Shown: piece after piece, positions 8,616-19,275 of the stretch
Numbering within the stretch: position 1 is the stretch's first letter
How the letters are laid out: each line of letters begins with the position of its first letter
Source: Candidatus Omnitrophota bacterium
Lineage (GTDB): Bacteria > Omnitrophota > Gorgyraeia > 2-01-FULL-45-10
NCBI GenBank assembly: GCA_026387175.1
Contig: JAPLME010000006.1
Span: 172,078-236,077 of the forward strand
Direction: 5' to 3'
DNA: 64,000 bases
Position numbers and translations under genes: made by a program
Notes under the pieces: generated by a model
The model's input: the letters and a program-made list of their open reading frames with translations, nothing else
What the model was told of the DNA's origin: nothing
The model's database searches: none

Positions 8616-10039
8616 ACCTTATCCCTCCCATCCGCCTTCGCTTTATAAAGCCTGGCGTCCGCTATCCTTATAAGCTCTTCTTCGGTAACAGCATCTTCCG
8701 GATATGTCGACACACCTATGGAAACCGTGACATTTGCTTCATGCTCCCTTAATGTAAGAGACCTATCCTTTACCTGCTGCCGGATCTTTTCGGCCTTCAA
8801 GTGCGCTTCTTTTTTACCTTTCCTCCACAGGAGCACAGCTATCTCCTCACCGCCGTAACGGCCCGCGACATCCGGATCATCCAGCAGATCGCTTATAGTA
8901 TTAGCTATAAACTTCAGGACAAGGTCTCCGGAGGAATGCCCATATTTGTCGTTGTAATCCTTAAAGTGGTCTATATCCAGGATAAGCAGGGAAAGCTGCT
9001 CTCTCTTTCTGGACGCCCTTCTCACTTCCCTGTGTAAACTGTCGATAAAGAAACGACGCACCTTCAGGCCCGTAAGGCTGTCCTTTATCGCAAGTTCCTG
9101 GGTTCTCGAATATAATATGGAATTTTGTATGGCCACCGCTCCGAGATTCGCTATGATATCGATAAGCCTCAGGTCGTCCTGAATATACGCGAACTCATGC
9201 GGATTATCCATCCTGAGAACGCCTATCACCTTATTCTCGCTTACGAGCGGGGCCGCTATCAGAGAACGGAAAACACCGCGGGCCCCATCAATGCCTTCGG
9301 CGGGAAAACGAAAGTCCTTAGTAACATCCTCTATTATGAGGGGCTTCCTGTATCTTAAGATCCAATGATCGAAGGCATCCCCTTTCTTCGCTTTTACGAC
9401 CGGATAATTCTTGCCGCTGGACGCTGAAAGCATCAGCTCCTGTCTCTCCTGGTTCACCAGAAATAAGAGCACCCTCCCGCTCTTCCCCAGAGTCTTCAAT
9501 GTCTTCTCTATTATCATTCCGATTATGCTGTCCAAAGAGAGCACCGCGCTCAGGCTCTCGGTGACATTTTTCAGGGCGGAATACCTGATAAGCTTCTCCT
9601 CTATTACCTTTATCCCTTTATTTTTTTCTTTCACTTCGTTTGCCAGGATATTCATCTCTTCTCTGGAGCTTTCCGATCTCAAAACATATAACTGGTCCAG
9701 CCTGTTTCTGGAGCTTGCGAAGAGATAACCTATCCAGGCGGTCGCGAAGAACGTCAAGGCGTAAGCATTGTAACCATGATAGCGCATCCGAAAAGCCAGC
9801 AATAAGACAAATAGGCAGGAAGATATGGTCAGAGAAACCCCGCCCGTCATTCCGAATCCTATCCAGGCGCACAATATGGCGATATTGAAACTGGAGATGG
9901 CGGTAGCGGTCAGGGTTATATGAAGCGGAGAGATATCCAGCGGCCTTGAAGATAATATCCAGCAGAAATAAACTGATATAAAAAATGAGATTACGGATAA
10001 GGCGGAAAAGATCGATCTGGCGCGGGAAGATATCATCAT
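8603..10039 (-). CDS. Multi-TM GAF + GGDEF diguanylate cyclase
   Basis: N-terminal TMs, GAF (SLIAAPL..VIGVL), DIDHFKDYNDKYGH, RYGGEEI, no RxxD. Confidence 0.88.
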   Translation of the reverse strand: MMISSRARSIFSALSVISFFISVYFCWILSSRPLDISPLHITLTATAISSFNIAILCAWIGFGMTGGVSLTISSCLFVLLLAFRMRYHGYNAYALTFFATAWIGYLFASSRNRLDQLYVLRSESSREEMNILANEVKEKNKGIKVIEEKLIRYSALKNVTESLSAVLSLDSIIGMIIEKTLKTLGKSGRVLLFLVNQERQELMLSASSGKNYPVVKAKKGDAFDHWILRYRKPLIIEDVTKDFRFPAEGIDGARGVFRSLIAAPLVSENKVIGVLRMDNPHEFAYIQDDLRLIDIIANLGAVAIQNSILYSRTQELAIKDSLTGLKVRRFFIDSLHREVRRASRKREQLSLLILDIDHFKDYNDKYGHSSGDLVLKFIANTISDLLDDPDVAGRYGGEEIAVLLWRKGKKEAHLKAEKIRQQVKDRSLTLREHEANVTVSIGVSTYPEDAVTEEELIRIADARLYKAKADGRDKVCSG

Positions 10040-10054
10040 GCCATTCGGTTTAGA

Positions 10055-11158
10055 TTAGATTATGGTCTTATCTGTTTCCTTGTCGAAAAAATGAACCTTC
10101 GACATGTCAAAGACCACATCCATATCAGAGTTTATGGCCGGCTTGTCATGACCGCCGACCTTGGCGATCAGCTGGTTCTTGCCGGTATTGAGATAAAGAT
10201 AGGCCTCCGAACCCATAGGCTCTATGATCTCGCATGTCGCTTTTATCGTATTTTCCTGAGGGGCCTCGGAGACAAACAATTTATCATATATGTCTTCCGG
10301 CCTTATTCCGAATATCAGCTCTCTTTCAATATACGGTTCAAGTCCCTTGAACATAGCGTCCACTATCTTGACCAGAAACTTTCCTTCGTTAAAATAGAGC
10401 CTGCCGTCCTTCTTTATTATTGTGCCTCTGACGAAATTCATCGGAGGCGTGCCTATGAAACCCGCCACAAACTTATTTACAGGCTTGTCGTAAAGAGTTA
10501 TAGGATCGGCTATCTGCTGTATATCGCCGTCTTTCATAACGACGATCCTGTCGCCCATCGTCATCGCCTCCGTCTGGTCATGCGTGACATATATCATAGT
10601 GGTCTGCAGCCTGATATGCAGCTTCTTTATCTCGGTCCTCATCTGGACCCTCATCTTGGCGTCAAGGTTGGAGAGCGGCTCATCGAACAGGAATACGAGC
10701 GGTTTTCTCACTATGGCCCGCCCCACCGCGACGCGCTGGCGCTGTCCGCCGGAGAGCTCGCGGGGCTTTCTGCGCAGAAGCTGTTCGATGCCAAGCATCG
10801 TGGCCGCTTCTTTGACTCTGGCCTCGATCTCAACGGCAGGATACTTTCTGAGTTTCAATCCGAAGGCCATGTTATCGTAAACATCCATGTGGGGATAGAG
10901 GGCATAATTCTGGAATACCATGGCGATATTCCTGTCTTTAGGCGGGATATCGTTGACCAGCTGGTTGCCAATATAGACATTTCCTCCAGTGGCTGTTTCC
11001 AGACCCGCTATTATTCTTAAAGTTGTGGATTTGCCGCACCCGGATGGGCCGACGAAGACGACGAACTCTTTATTTTCGATACCCAGGTTTATGTCTTTAA
11101 TAGCCCATATGTTTCCAGGGTAACACTTTGATACCTTATTAAGGCTGACTTGTGCCAT
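10055..11158 (-). CDS. Sugar ABC transporter ATP-binding protein (MalK/UgpC/MsmX family)
   Basis: GPSGCGKST, VFQNYALYPH, LSGGQRQR, DEPLSNLD, YVTHDQ, C-terminal TOBE. Confidence 0.95.
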   Translation of the reverse strand: MAQVSLNKVSKCYPGNIWAIKDINLGIENKEFVVFVGPSGCGKSTTLRIIAGLETATGGNVYIGNQLVNDIPPKDRNIAMVFQNYALYPHMDVYDNMAFGLKLRKYPAVEIEARVKEAATMLGIEQLLRRKPRELSGGQRQRVAVGRAIVRKPLVFLFDEPLSNLDAKMRVQMRTEIKKLHIRLQTTMIYVTHDQTEAMTMGDRIVVMKDGDIQQIADPITLYDKPVNKFVAGFIGTPPMNFVRGTIIKKDGRLYFNEGKFLVKIVDAMFKGLEPYIERELIFGIRPEDIYDKLFVSEAPQENTIKATCEIIEPMGSEAYLYLNTGKNQLIAKVGGHDKPAINSDMDVVFDMSKVHFFDKETDKTII

Positions 11159-11202
11159 AGGGTTATTATTTTAACACACATTTTTATGATACGTAATCAA
11201 AA

Positions 11203-12048
11203 TCAGAAATAGCTCAGCAGTTTGGAAAGCGACTCTTTCATATTTTTTCTATGGATTATCATATCTATAAGGCCGTGCCTTAATAAAAATTCCGACTTCT
11301 GGAAGCCCGGGGGAAGCTTCTGCCTTATGGTCTGTTCTATCACGCGGGGGCCGGTGAAACCTATTAAAGCCTTCGGTTCCGCAATGATGAAATCGCCTAA
11401 AGAGGCAAAGCTCGCCATGATACCGGCCATCGTGGGATTGGTCAATACGGAGATGAAGAATCCGCCGGCGCGGTCGAAACGGTTTAGCGCCGCTGAAGTC
11501 TTCGCCATCTGCATCAGAGAGAACATCCCTTCATACATACGGGCGCCGCCTCCCGATCCCGAGACTATGATAAGCGGGCATTTATCCGCGGTGGCTTTCT
11601 CGATAGCCCTCGTAAGCCTCTCGCCCACTACAGACCCCATGGAGCCCATTATGAACCTTGAATCGGTGACTCCCAGGATTATATCGCGGCCGCCTAATTT
11701 GCCCCCGCCGGTTATCACCGCGTCCTTGAGTCCGGTGAGGCCCTGATCTTGTTTCAATTTCTCCTTATACGTCTTTGGGCCCTCGAATGAGAGCGGATCG
11801 AGCGATTCTAGGCTCGCATCCATCTCCATAAAGGTACCTTCATCTATAAGAAGCTTCACCCTTTCATGCGCTCCGAGGGTAAAATGGTAATTGCACTTAT
11901 GGCAGACTTTCATATTCTCGTCCAGCTTTTTCTTATATATAAGCTCGTTGCAATCCGAGCATCTGGCCCAGAGGTCTTCGGGAATGTCGCCCCTCTTCTT
12001 CGCGACTTTCACTATCGTGTATTTAGGTTTTCTCGGGAATAAGTGCAT
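11203..12048 (-). CDS. accD: Acetyl-CoA carboxylase carboxyltransferase beta subunit
   Basis: CxxC...CxxC zinc finger, GSMGSVVGE, GGARMYEG, SLMQMAK, IGFTGPRVIEQT. Confidence 0.95.
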   Translation of the reverse strand: MHLFPRKPKYTIVKVAKKRGDIPEDLWARCSDCNELIYKKKLDENMKVCHKCNYHFTLGAHERVKLLIDEGTFMEMDASLESLDPLSFEGPKTYKEKLKQDQGLTGLKDAVITGGGKLGGRDIILGVTDSRFIMGSMGSVVGERLTRAIEKATADKCPLIIVSGSGGGARMYEGMFSLMQMAKTSAALNRFDRAGGFFISVLTNPTMAGIMASFASLGDFIIAEPKALIGFTGPRVIEQTIRQKLPPGFQKSEFLLRHGLIDMIIHRKNMKESLSKLLSYF

Positions 12049-12049
12049 A

Positions 12050-12691
12050 TTATCTCTTCAATAATTCTTTGGCTTTATCCACAGCGGTCGCGGCATCCCT
12101 GGCATAACCGTCGGCGCCGATGGAACTGGCGAATTCCTGGGTTATAGGTGCGCCGCCTACCAGAATCTTCACCTTATCGCGCAGGCCTGCCGTATTAAGC
12201 CCGTTGATCGTATCGCGCATAGCATTCATAGATGTGGTGAGAAGCGACGACATGGCGATTATGTCTATCTCTTTACTCCTGGCGGCGTCTATGAATTTCT
12301 GCGGGCTTACGTCTATACCCAGATCGTCTATTTCGAAACATGCGCCCTTCAGCATCATGCTCACTATATTCTTCCCTATATCGTGGAGATCTCCCTTTAC
12401 TGTGCCTATCAATACTTTGCCGATCGGCTTTATGCCGTTCTTCACGAAATGCGGCTCCAGGACCGCCATGCCGGCATGCATCGCCCTGGCCGATATCAGT
12501 ACCTCGGGAATAAATATCTCATTGGCCTTGAATTTCGCGCCGATCACATCCATCCCTGCTACCAGGGCCGAATTGATTATCTCTTTTACGGCTATACCCT
12601 GCTCAAATGCCTGGGATGTAGCCTTCACAACACCGTTACGGTCGCCTTTCATCAAAGCAGCTTTAATCTCTTCCAGGATCTCATTATGCAT
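12050..12691 (-). CDS. Stand-alone cobalamin-binding (corrinoid) protein, MtaC/MttC-like
   Basis: B12 cap domain, GTVKGDLHDIGKN (DxHxxG), SSLLTT, VGGAP, IGADGY. Confidence 0.92.
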   Translation of the reverse strand: MHNEILEEIKAALMKGDRNGVVKATSQAFEQGIAVKEIINSALVAGMDVIGAKFKANEIFIPEVLISARAMHAGMAVLEPHFVKNGIKPIGKVLIGTVKGDLHDIGKNIVSMMLKGACFEIDDLGIDVSPQKFIDAARSKEIDIIAMSSLLTTSMNAMRDTINGLNTAGLRDKVKILVGGAPITQEFASSIGADGYARDAATAVDKAKELLKR

Positions 12692-12710
12692 TGCTCGATT
12701 CCTTAACTTA

Positions 12711-14597
12711 TTATTTCATCCACTTATCATACCACATTTCAAACATAAAAAGCGCCCAAATTTCTTTTCTGGTATCATTTTTGTTCGCCAGGAACTCTTT
12801 TATAAGGCCGTCCACGTAGGAATAATTGAATATACCCTGCCGCTCGATCTTCGTCTTTTCAAAAGCGTCCAGCAGGAGCCCTTTAAGGTCTTCCTTGAGC
12901 CATTTGGCGACCGGGACCGCAAACCCCTGCTTCGATTTACTTATATTCTGTTCCGGAAGCTTACCCTTTAACGCCTCTTTCAATATCCATTTGGTGGTAA
13001 AATTCTTAAGCTTAAATGACGCCGGTATGCCGGTGACATACTCCGTAAATTCTGTATCCAGGAACGGCGCTCTGACCTCGAGAGAATTGGCCATGCTGGC
13101 CCTGTCAACTTTTGTCAGAATATCATCTGTCATATAAGTCTTCACATATATATATATCGCCCTGTCCAGGGGATCGAGCGCCTTTGCATTCTTAAAATAT
13201 TTCTCTGTTATATCATATACATCCGGCCTGCGGGATGAATCCCCGCTGGGGATCAATAGGGCATCTTGCTCATCGGGCGTGAACGATCCTATCCAGGCCT
13301 GATGGCGGGTCGCCTCGGGAAAATCGAGGCCGCGAGAGAAACGCATTGCCTTAAAATAGAGGCTCATATAATCGTTTGACGGCTTCATACATTTTAGCAG
13401 CAGCTTCAAGGGCAACTTCTTTAAGGAGGCGGGGACAAAACCGAAATAGCTGTCCAGCTTATGCGCCATGAACGACGGATACCCCAGGAATAATTCATCT
13501 CCGCCGTCGCCGCCGAGAGCGACTTTGACGTGCTGCCTGGTGAATTTCGATACAAGATAAGTGGGTATTATCGATGAATCCGCGAAGGGTTCGTCCAAAA
13601 GATCCAGTATCCTGGGAAAAACGTCAAGCATTACCTCGGGGCTCAGTATCTCTTCATGATGGTCGGTTCCGAAATATTCCGCTACTCTCCTGGCATCGCT
13701 CGATTCATCGAAGGATTTTTCTTTAAAACCGATGGAAAAAGTCTTTATATCCTTGGGCTCCATAAGCTCGGCCATCATGCAAACGACGGCCGAGGAGTCG
13801 ATTCCGCCCGACAGGAAGACCCCGAGCGGTACATCGCTTATGAGGCGCTTCCGCACGGATTCTTTTAAAAGCTCCAGAACGCGTAGGCGGACTTCTCTGT
13901 GATCGAATTTTTTTTGAGTATTGAAGCTGAGATCCCAGTAGCGGTCCTTATGGACCGCAGCGCCCTTTACAGAAATGCGCGAGCCGGCCTCCAGCTTGTA
14001 GATATTCTTGAATATGGAATACGGGCTCGGGACATATTCATATGCAAGGTATTTGCCGAGGGCATTCAGGTCTATCTCTTTCTTAACGGCAGGATGCTTC
14101 AGGAGGGCTTTCAATTCTGAACCAAATATGAATTGGTTATCGAAAGAAGCGTAATAGAGGGGTTTTTTACCGAAACGGTCTCTTGCTAGGAATAAGGTCT
14201 TCTTCCCTGAGTCCCATATGGCGAGGGCAAACATTCCGTTAAAATGTTTTACGCAATCTTCGCCGTATTCTTCATAAGCATGAAGGACGACTTCGGTATC
14301 GGAATTTGTATTAAAAACGTGACCCTTGCCCAGCAGGGCCGTCTTCAGCTCGATAAAATTATAGACTTCGCCGTTATAGACTATTGCCTTCGAGCCGTCA
14401 TTGCTGAACATCGGCTGGTGACCGGTCTTCAGGTCTATTATGGATAATCGCCTGTGGCCGAGCGCGGCGGGCCCGCCAATGAAAACACCGGCATCGTCGG
14501 GGCCGCGAGGGGCTATCGTATCCATCATCGACCGCAGGATACCCTCCGATGGCCGCTTCGTACTATCGAAATGTATATAGCCGCAGATACCGCACAT
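12711..14597 (-). CDS. asnB: Asparagine synthase (glutamine-hydrolysing) family amidotransferase
   Basis: MCGI Ntn N-terminus, RGPD, GHRRLSIID, NGEVYNF, LSGGIDSS, GDGGDELF, KVDRASMANSLEVR. Confidence 0.92.
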   Translation of the reverse strand: MCGICGYIHFDSTKRPSEGILRSMMDTIAPRGPDDAGVFIGGPAALGHRRLSIIDLKTGHQPMFSNDGSKAIVYNGEVYNFIELKTALLGKGHVFNTNSDTEVVLHAYEEYGEDCVKHFNGMFALAIWDSGKKTLFLARDRFGKKPLYYASFDNQFIFGSELKALLKHPAVKKEIDLNALGKYLAYEYVPSPYSIFKNIYKLEAGSRISVKGAAVHKDRYWDLSFNTQKKFDHREVRLRVLELLKESVRKRLISDVPLGVFLSGGIDSSAVVCMMAELMEPKDIKTFSIGFKEKSFDESSDARRVAEYFGTDHHEEILSPEVMLDVFPRILDLLDEPFADSSIIPTYLVSKFTRQHVKVALGGDGGDELFLGYPSFMAHKLDSYFGFVPASLKKLPLKLLLKCMKPSNDYMSLYFKAMRFSRGLDFPEATRHQAWIGSFTPDEQDALLIPSGDSSRRPDVYDITEKYFKNAKALDPLDRAIYIYVKTYMTDDILTKVDRASMANSLEVRAPFLDTEFTEYVTGIPASFKLKNFTTKWILKEALKGKLPEQNISKSKQGFAVPVAKWLKEDLKGLLLDAFEKTKIERQGIFNYSYVDGLIKEFLANKNDTRKEIWALFMFEMWYDKWMK

Positions 14598-14607
14598 GGA
14601 TTAGGAG

Positions 14608-15888
14608 TTAATGCTTATTTATGACTATGCCAGAGACCGGCTTCGGATAAAAATACGTCGCCTTTCTGGGCATCTTCTCGCCGAGCGACGCTATGCGCTT
14701 GACCTCAGCGACTTTTGTAGGATTCAGGAAGAACGCTATTTTGAACTTACCCTTGTCGACGGATTTTGCCGTCTCGCAGGGATCCTTTATAAATTCGATA
14801 TTATCATCTTCATCACGGATACCAAGCACGTGCTGGAATATGAACATGTGGAGTATGGAGACGTCCAACTGCTTCCACTCTTTCGGTTTATCTTTAACCA
14901 CATTATCGACATGGCTCATGCTCTTCAGCTTCAGAATATAGAATTGGCCCCGGCCCATATACATGCCGAAAACGTGAGCGCTCCGCAACTTGCCCAACTT
15001 CACCATCATCGCGTTCAAGCTCCCCGCCTTCTCGATCGCAAAGAACTTCTGCAAGCGCGCTATTATCTCTTCTTTCCGAAGGCCGCCTATATCCTTAGGG
15101 AGCCTGTGGGCCGGAAGAACGGTCAGCATATCTTCCTTAGCATCGACAAAATATACCATCACATATCCGGCGGCTTCTCTGGCGATTTTCGGCGCTCGGG
15201 AGCGCCCGAGCTCCTTGGAATACATACGCGTCACTTCAAACCTGTGGTGGCCATCGGCAATAAATGTGGGGGCGCTTCGCATGATAGCCTGTATCTTTTT
15301 TATATCCGCCTTATCATCGAGCCTCCAGGCCCGGTTTCGTATGCCTTCGAAGGATATGTCGATAAACGGCCGCTTCTCCGAGGAGGTCTTCTTTAATATC
15401 TTAAGTATGCTGTGCGGAGTATCCTCATAGAGGATAAATATCGGGCTTAGGTTAGCTTTTATACTTCTCATCAGATCGAGCCTGTCCACCTTTGGCGCAT
15501 GAAGCGTATTCTCATGCGGCAGGACCTTATTCTTTCCCTCGTCCAGCGACATAAGGGCCATGAAACCTATTCTATCTATCGTCTTAGAGCCTTCCCTGTA
15601 TTTCTGCGAATATATATAGATGGAATCTTTCTCGTCCTGCACCATCTGCTTGCCTTTTAGCCACAGATCAAAAAATTTCTTAGCGCGAGTATAGCGGTTA
15701 TCAGTAGAAGAGTCCGAACTTTTTATCTTTCCGAGTTCGAGCTTTACAATATTGTAAGGGTTCGCGCGGTAAAGCTCGTCTTGCATTTTTTTGGGGATAA
15801 TATCATAAGGGGGAGCAACGACCTTGGATAGACTGCCTACCTTCTTCTCATTGTATACTACGCCTTTAAAGGGCTTGATATTAGCCAT
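14608..15888 (-). CDS. DUF1015 family protein
   Basis: APPYDII, LPHENT, IADGHHR, MPRKATYFYPKP. Confidence 0.88.
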   Translation of the reverse strand: MANIKPFKGVVYNEKKVGSLSKVVAPPYDIIPKKMQDELYRANPYNIVKLELGKIKSSDSSTDNRYTRAKKFFDLWLKGKQMVQDEKDSIYIYSQKYREGSKTIDRIGFMALMSLDEGKNKVLPHENTLHAPKVDRLDLMRSIKANLSPIFILYEDTPHSILKILKKTSSEKRPFIDISFEGIRNRAWRLDDKADIKKIQAIMRSAPTFIADGHHRFEVTRMYSKELGRSRAPKIAREAAGYVMVYFVDAKEDMLTVLPAHRLPKDIGGLRKEEIIARLQKFFAIEKAGSLNAMMVKLGKLRSAHVFGMYMGRGQFYILKLKSMSHVDNVVKDKPKEWKQLDVSILHMFIFQHVLGIRDEDDNIEFIKDPCETAKSVDKGKFKIAFFLNPTKVAEVKRIASLGEKMPRKATYFYPKPVSGIVINKH

Positions 15889-15891
15889 ACA

Positions 15892-16146
15892 TTAACTACC
15901 GCTTGAAGGGCATCCCTTGCAGGAGCCGCCTCCGGATCCCGGGCAAGGCCTGTCAGACTTCGATTTCTTCTTATAATCGGTCTCGTAAAAACCCGTTCCC
16001 TTAAATATCACGCCGCTGCCACCCGCGATCAGGCGCTGAGTCTTGCCGCCGCACTTAGGGCATTTTCCGACCGGACGATCCGTCATCTTCTCGAACTTTT
16101 CGAAATGGCCACCGCATTTATCACATTGATAATCATAAGTCGGCAT
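15892..16146 (-). CDS. FmdB family zinc-ribbon protein
   Basis: MPTYDYQCDKCG...CPKCGG...FKGTGFYETDY. Confidence 0.9.
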   Translation of the reverse strand: MPTYDYQCDKCGGHFEKFEKMTDRPVGKCPKCGGKTQRLIAGGSGVIFKGTGFYETDYKKKSKSDRPCPGSGGGSCKGCPSSGS

Positions 16147-16161
16147 TTACTTCTCCTTCTA

Positions 16162-17316
16162 TCATTTAAAGATCCTCTTCATCTTCTCTACGAACGTTCT
16201 GGCCAGCGGCCCCTTGCCGTCTTCCGAAACCCTGGCAAACTCTTTAAGCGCTTTCTTCTCGTCCGGATTAAGATTTGTAGGGACATCTATCTGGACCTTC
16301 ACTATCTGATCACCCCTGCCGTAATCGTGCAGATGGGCGATTCCTTTATTTCTCAGCCGGAATTGTTTGCCGCTCTGGGTGGCTGGGGGAATCTTCATCA
16401 TTATCTTGCCTTCGATAGTAGGGACCTCTATCTCGCCTCCGAATACCGCTGTAACATAGGCTATAGGAACTTCGCAATATATATCGGCGTCGTGGCGCTC
16501 AAATATTTCATGATGTTTTACATAGATCAATATATACAGGTCACCGCGCTGACCACCCCTCTCTCCCGCCTCGCCCTCTCCGTGTATCCTCAGCCTTGAT
16601 CCGGAATCCACACCGGCAGGGATCTTAACCTTTATATTGCGTTTCGTTTTTATGCGGCCTCTGCCGTTACAGGCCGGACATGGCGTTCTTATTATGGATC
16701 CTTCGCCTCCGCATTTCCGGCATGTCTGCACAACACTAAAGAATCCATTTGAAGCCCTGACCTGCCCCTGTCCGTCGCAGTCAGGGCACCGCTCTTTCTT
16801 GGAGCCGGGTTTGGCGCCCGTGCCGCGGCATTCCTCGCAGGTCTCCTGACGAGGGATGGTAATAGTCTCCTCACCGCCGAAAGCCGCTTCGTCAAAAGAT
16901 ATCTCAAGCTGATATTCGAGATCCGACCCGCGCCTAGACCCGCCTCTGCGGGAAGAGCCGAAGATGTCGCCGCCGAAACCGAACCCCTTGAGAAGATCGC
17001 TTACATCGGCGCCGCCGAAAATATCCTTAAGATCATCGTAGTGATGGAAGTCCTGCCATTGGAAACCGCCCTGTTTAAAAGAGCTGTCGACTCCGGCATG
17101 GCCATACTGGTCGTAATTGGCACGCTTCTCTTTGTCTACGAGGACCTCATAGGCCTCCGACATCTCCTTAAATTTCTCCTCGGCTTCCTTCTTCTTGTCG
17201 GGAGTCACCCTGTCGGGGTGATATTTAAGAGCGAGATTCCTGTAAGCTTTTTTTATCTCATCGGTAGTGGCTGTTTTGCCCAGGCCGAGGATTTCATAGT
17301 AGTCGCGTTTCTCCAT
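16162..17316 (-). CDS. dnaJ: Chaperone DnaJ
   Basis: J-domain HPD, G/F region, four CxxCxGxG repeats. Confidence 0.97.
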   Translation of the reverse strand: MEKRDYYEILGLGKTATTDEIKKAYRNLALKYHPDRVTPDKKKEAEEKFKEMSEAYEVLVDKEKRANYDQYGHAGVDSSFKQGGFQWQDFHHYDDLKDIFGGADVSDLLKGFGFGGDIFGSSRRGGSRRGSDLEYQLEISFDEAAFGGEETITIPRQETCEECRGTGAKPGSKKERCPDCDGQGQVRASNGFFSVVQTCRKCGGEGSIIRTPCPACNGRGRIKTKRNIKVKIPAGVDSGSRLRIHGEGEAGERGGQRGDLYILIYVKHHEIFERHDADIYCEVPIAYVTAVFGGEIEVPTIEGKIMMKIPPATQSGKQFRLRNKGIAHLHDYGRGDQIVKVQIDVPTNLNPDEKKALKEFARVSEDGKGPLARTFVEKMKRIFK

Positions 17317-19250
17317 TATTTTTTCTTTTTATCTTTCTCATCCTCGGCTGTATATTCGGCGTCGATTATATCTTCACCCTGTTTGGGACCGGAAGCGTTT
17401 TCGCCGGGGCCAGGGCCTTCCTGCGAGGACTGCTCAGGGCCGGCAGCTCCGGCTCCGGGACCCGGACGAGGGCCGGAGGTCTTCTTATATACTTCCTCGG
17501 CTAACTTATGGGCCGCCTTTGTCAGCTCTTCCGTACCGCGCTTAATGCTGGGCAGATTCTTCTCTTTTATCGCCTGCTTCAATTCATTCAGGCGTGATTC
17601 TATATCCGCCCTATCCGATTGGCTTACTTTATCTCCGAATTCCTTCAGTGACTTCTCGGTCGAATAGACCAGAGCATCCGCCTGGTTCACCTGTTCGACC
17701 TCCTCTTTCTTCTTCGAGTCTTCGGCGGCATACTTCTCCGCATCCTTGATCATCTTGTCGATCTCTTCCTTGGAGAGCTTCTTGGGAGCGGTGATCTTTA
17801 TCGACTGTTCCTTGCCTGTGCCAAGGTCCTTGGCCGAGACGTGCACGATACCGTTGGCATCTATGTCAAACCCGACTTCTATCTGGGGAACTCCGCGCGG
17901 CGCCGGAGGTATGCCTACAAGGTCGAACCTGCCGAGTTCCACATTACCTTCGCCTTCCGCCAGCTGGCGCTCACCCTGAATGACGCGTATGGTAACCGCC
18001 GTCTGGTTATCCGCGGCCGTGGAGAATATCTGGCTCTTTCTGGTCGGAACGGTCGTATTGCGCTCGATCAGCTTCGTATTAACCCCGCCGAGCGTCTCGA
18101 TCCCGAGCGAAAGCGGCGTGACGTCCAGCAGCAGCACATCTTTCGTTTCGCCCTTCATAATGGATGCCTGGATCGCTGCGCCCAATGCCACGCATTCCAT
18201 CGGGTCGACCCCGCGCTCGATCTTCTTGCCTACATAATCTTCTACGAACTTCTGGACTATCGGCATCCTGGTGGGGCCGCCGACGAGAATGACCTTGCTT
18301 ATATCTTTGGCGGTGACTTTGGCGTCCGACAATGCCTGCTCGATCGGATGCTTACAGCGGTCTATGATGGGCTGCACGAGCTCTTCAACCTTGGCCCTGT
18401 TCAATGTCATCGTGAGATGCTTCGGGCCCGTCTGGTCCGCCGTTATAAACGGCAGATTGAGATCCGTCGACAAGGTGCTTGACAGCTCGACCTTGGCCTT
18501 TTCAGCGGCTTCCCTGACGCGCTGGACCGCCATCTTATCGTTCTTCAGGTCTATGCCCGTATCTCTCTTGAACTCTTTTACGATATAATCCACAAGCGTA
18601 TTATCCATGTCTGTGCCGCCGAGCTGCGTGTCGCCGGATGTCGACATTACTTCAAATGTAGCCGCTTCATGCTCGGTATCCCATCCCATTTCAAGGATCG
18701 TAACATCGAGCGTGCCGCCGCCGAGATCGAAGACCATTATCTTCTGCTCTTTCCCCGCCTTATCCAGCCCGTATGCCAGACATGCGGCCGTCGGCTCGTT
18801 AATTATTCTTAATACTTTTAATCCCGCAATCTCTCCGGCGTCTTTAGTAGCCTGGCGCTGGTTGTCATTGAAATACGCGGGGCACGTGATAACTACCTCA
18901 TTCACGGTATCGCCAAGATATGCCTCGGCGTCCTGTTTTATCTTCTGGAGCAGGAAAGACGAAATTTGCTGAGGGGTATATTCTTTCCCATACACCTTAT
19001 ACTTGAAGTCTGTTCCCATTTTACGCTTGGCCGCGAATATCGTGCCTTCAGGATTGATCGAAGCCTGTCTCTTCGCCGGCTCGCCGACCAGCTTCTGGCC
19101 GTCTTTAGTAAAGGCCACGAACGACGGAAACGCCTTACCGCTTGCCACTCCGGCGCCTTCAGCCGAAGGTATTATCACCGGGCGGCCCGCCTCCATATAT
19201 GCCGCCGCTGAGTTTGAAGTCCCGAGATCTATTCCTATAACTTTTGACAT
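17316..19250 (-). CDS. dnaK: Chaperone DnaK (Hsp70)
   Basis: [34 protein letters not shown]. Confidence 0.97.
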   Translation of the reverse strand: MSKVIGIDLGTSNSAAAYMEAGRPVIIPSAEGAGVASGKAFPSFVAFTKDGQKLVGEPAKRQASINPEGTIFAAKRKMGTDFKYKVYGKEYTPQQISSFLLQKIKQDAEAYLGDTVNEVVITCPAYFNDNQRQATKDAGEIAGLKVLRIINEPTAACLAYGLDKAGKEQKIMVFDLGGGTLDVTILEMGWDTEHEAATFEVMSTSGDTQLGGTDMDNTLVDYIVKEFKRDTGIDLKNDKMAVQRVREAAEKAKVELSSTLSTDLNLPFITADQTGPKHLTMTLNRAKVEELVQPIIDRCKHPIEQALSDAKVTAKDISKVILVGGPTRMPIVQKFVEDYVGKKIERGVDPMECVALGAAIQASIMKGETKDVLLLDVTPLSLGIETLGGVNTKLIERNTTVPTRKSQIFSTAADNQTAVTIRVIQGERQLAEGEGNVELGRFDLVGIPPAPRGVPQIEVGFDIDANGIVHVSAKDLGTGKEQSIKITAPKKLSKEEIDKMIKDAEKYAAEDSKKKEEVEQVNQADALVYSTEKSLKEFGDKVSQSDRADIESRLNELKQAIKEKNLPSIKRGTEELTKAAHKLAEEVYKKTSGPRPGPGAGAAGPEQSSQEGPGPGENASGPKQGEDIIDAEYTAEDEKDKKKK

Positions 19251-19275
19251 ATTTACCTCCGTTATTTTTTCTATA

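Noticed and set aside
10091-11020. 309-aa plus-strand ORF
   Set aside because: Antisense shadow of the conserved ABC ATPase; no motifs or RBS.
12120-12971. 283-aa plus-strand ORF
   Set aside because: Antisense to the corrinoid protein and asnB; shadow-like composition.
14611-15396. 261-aa plus-strand ORF
   Set aside because: Antisense to DUF1015; no recognisable domain.
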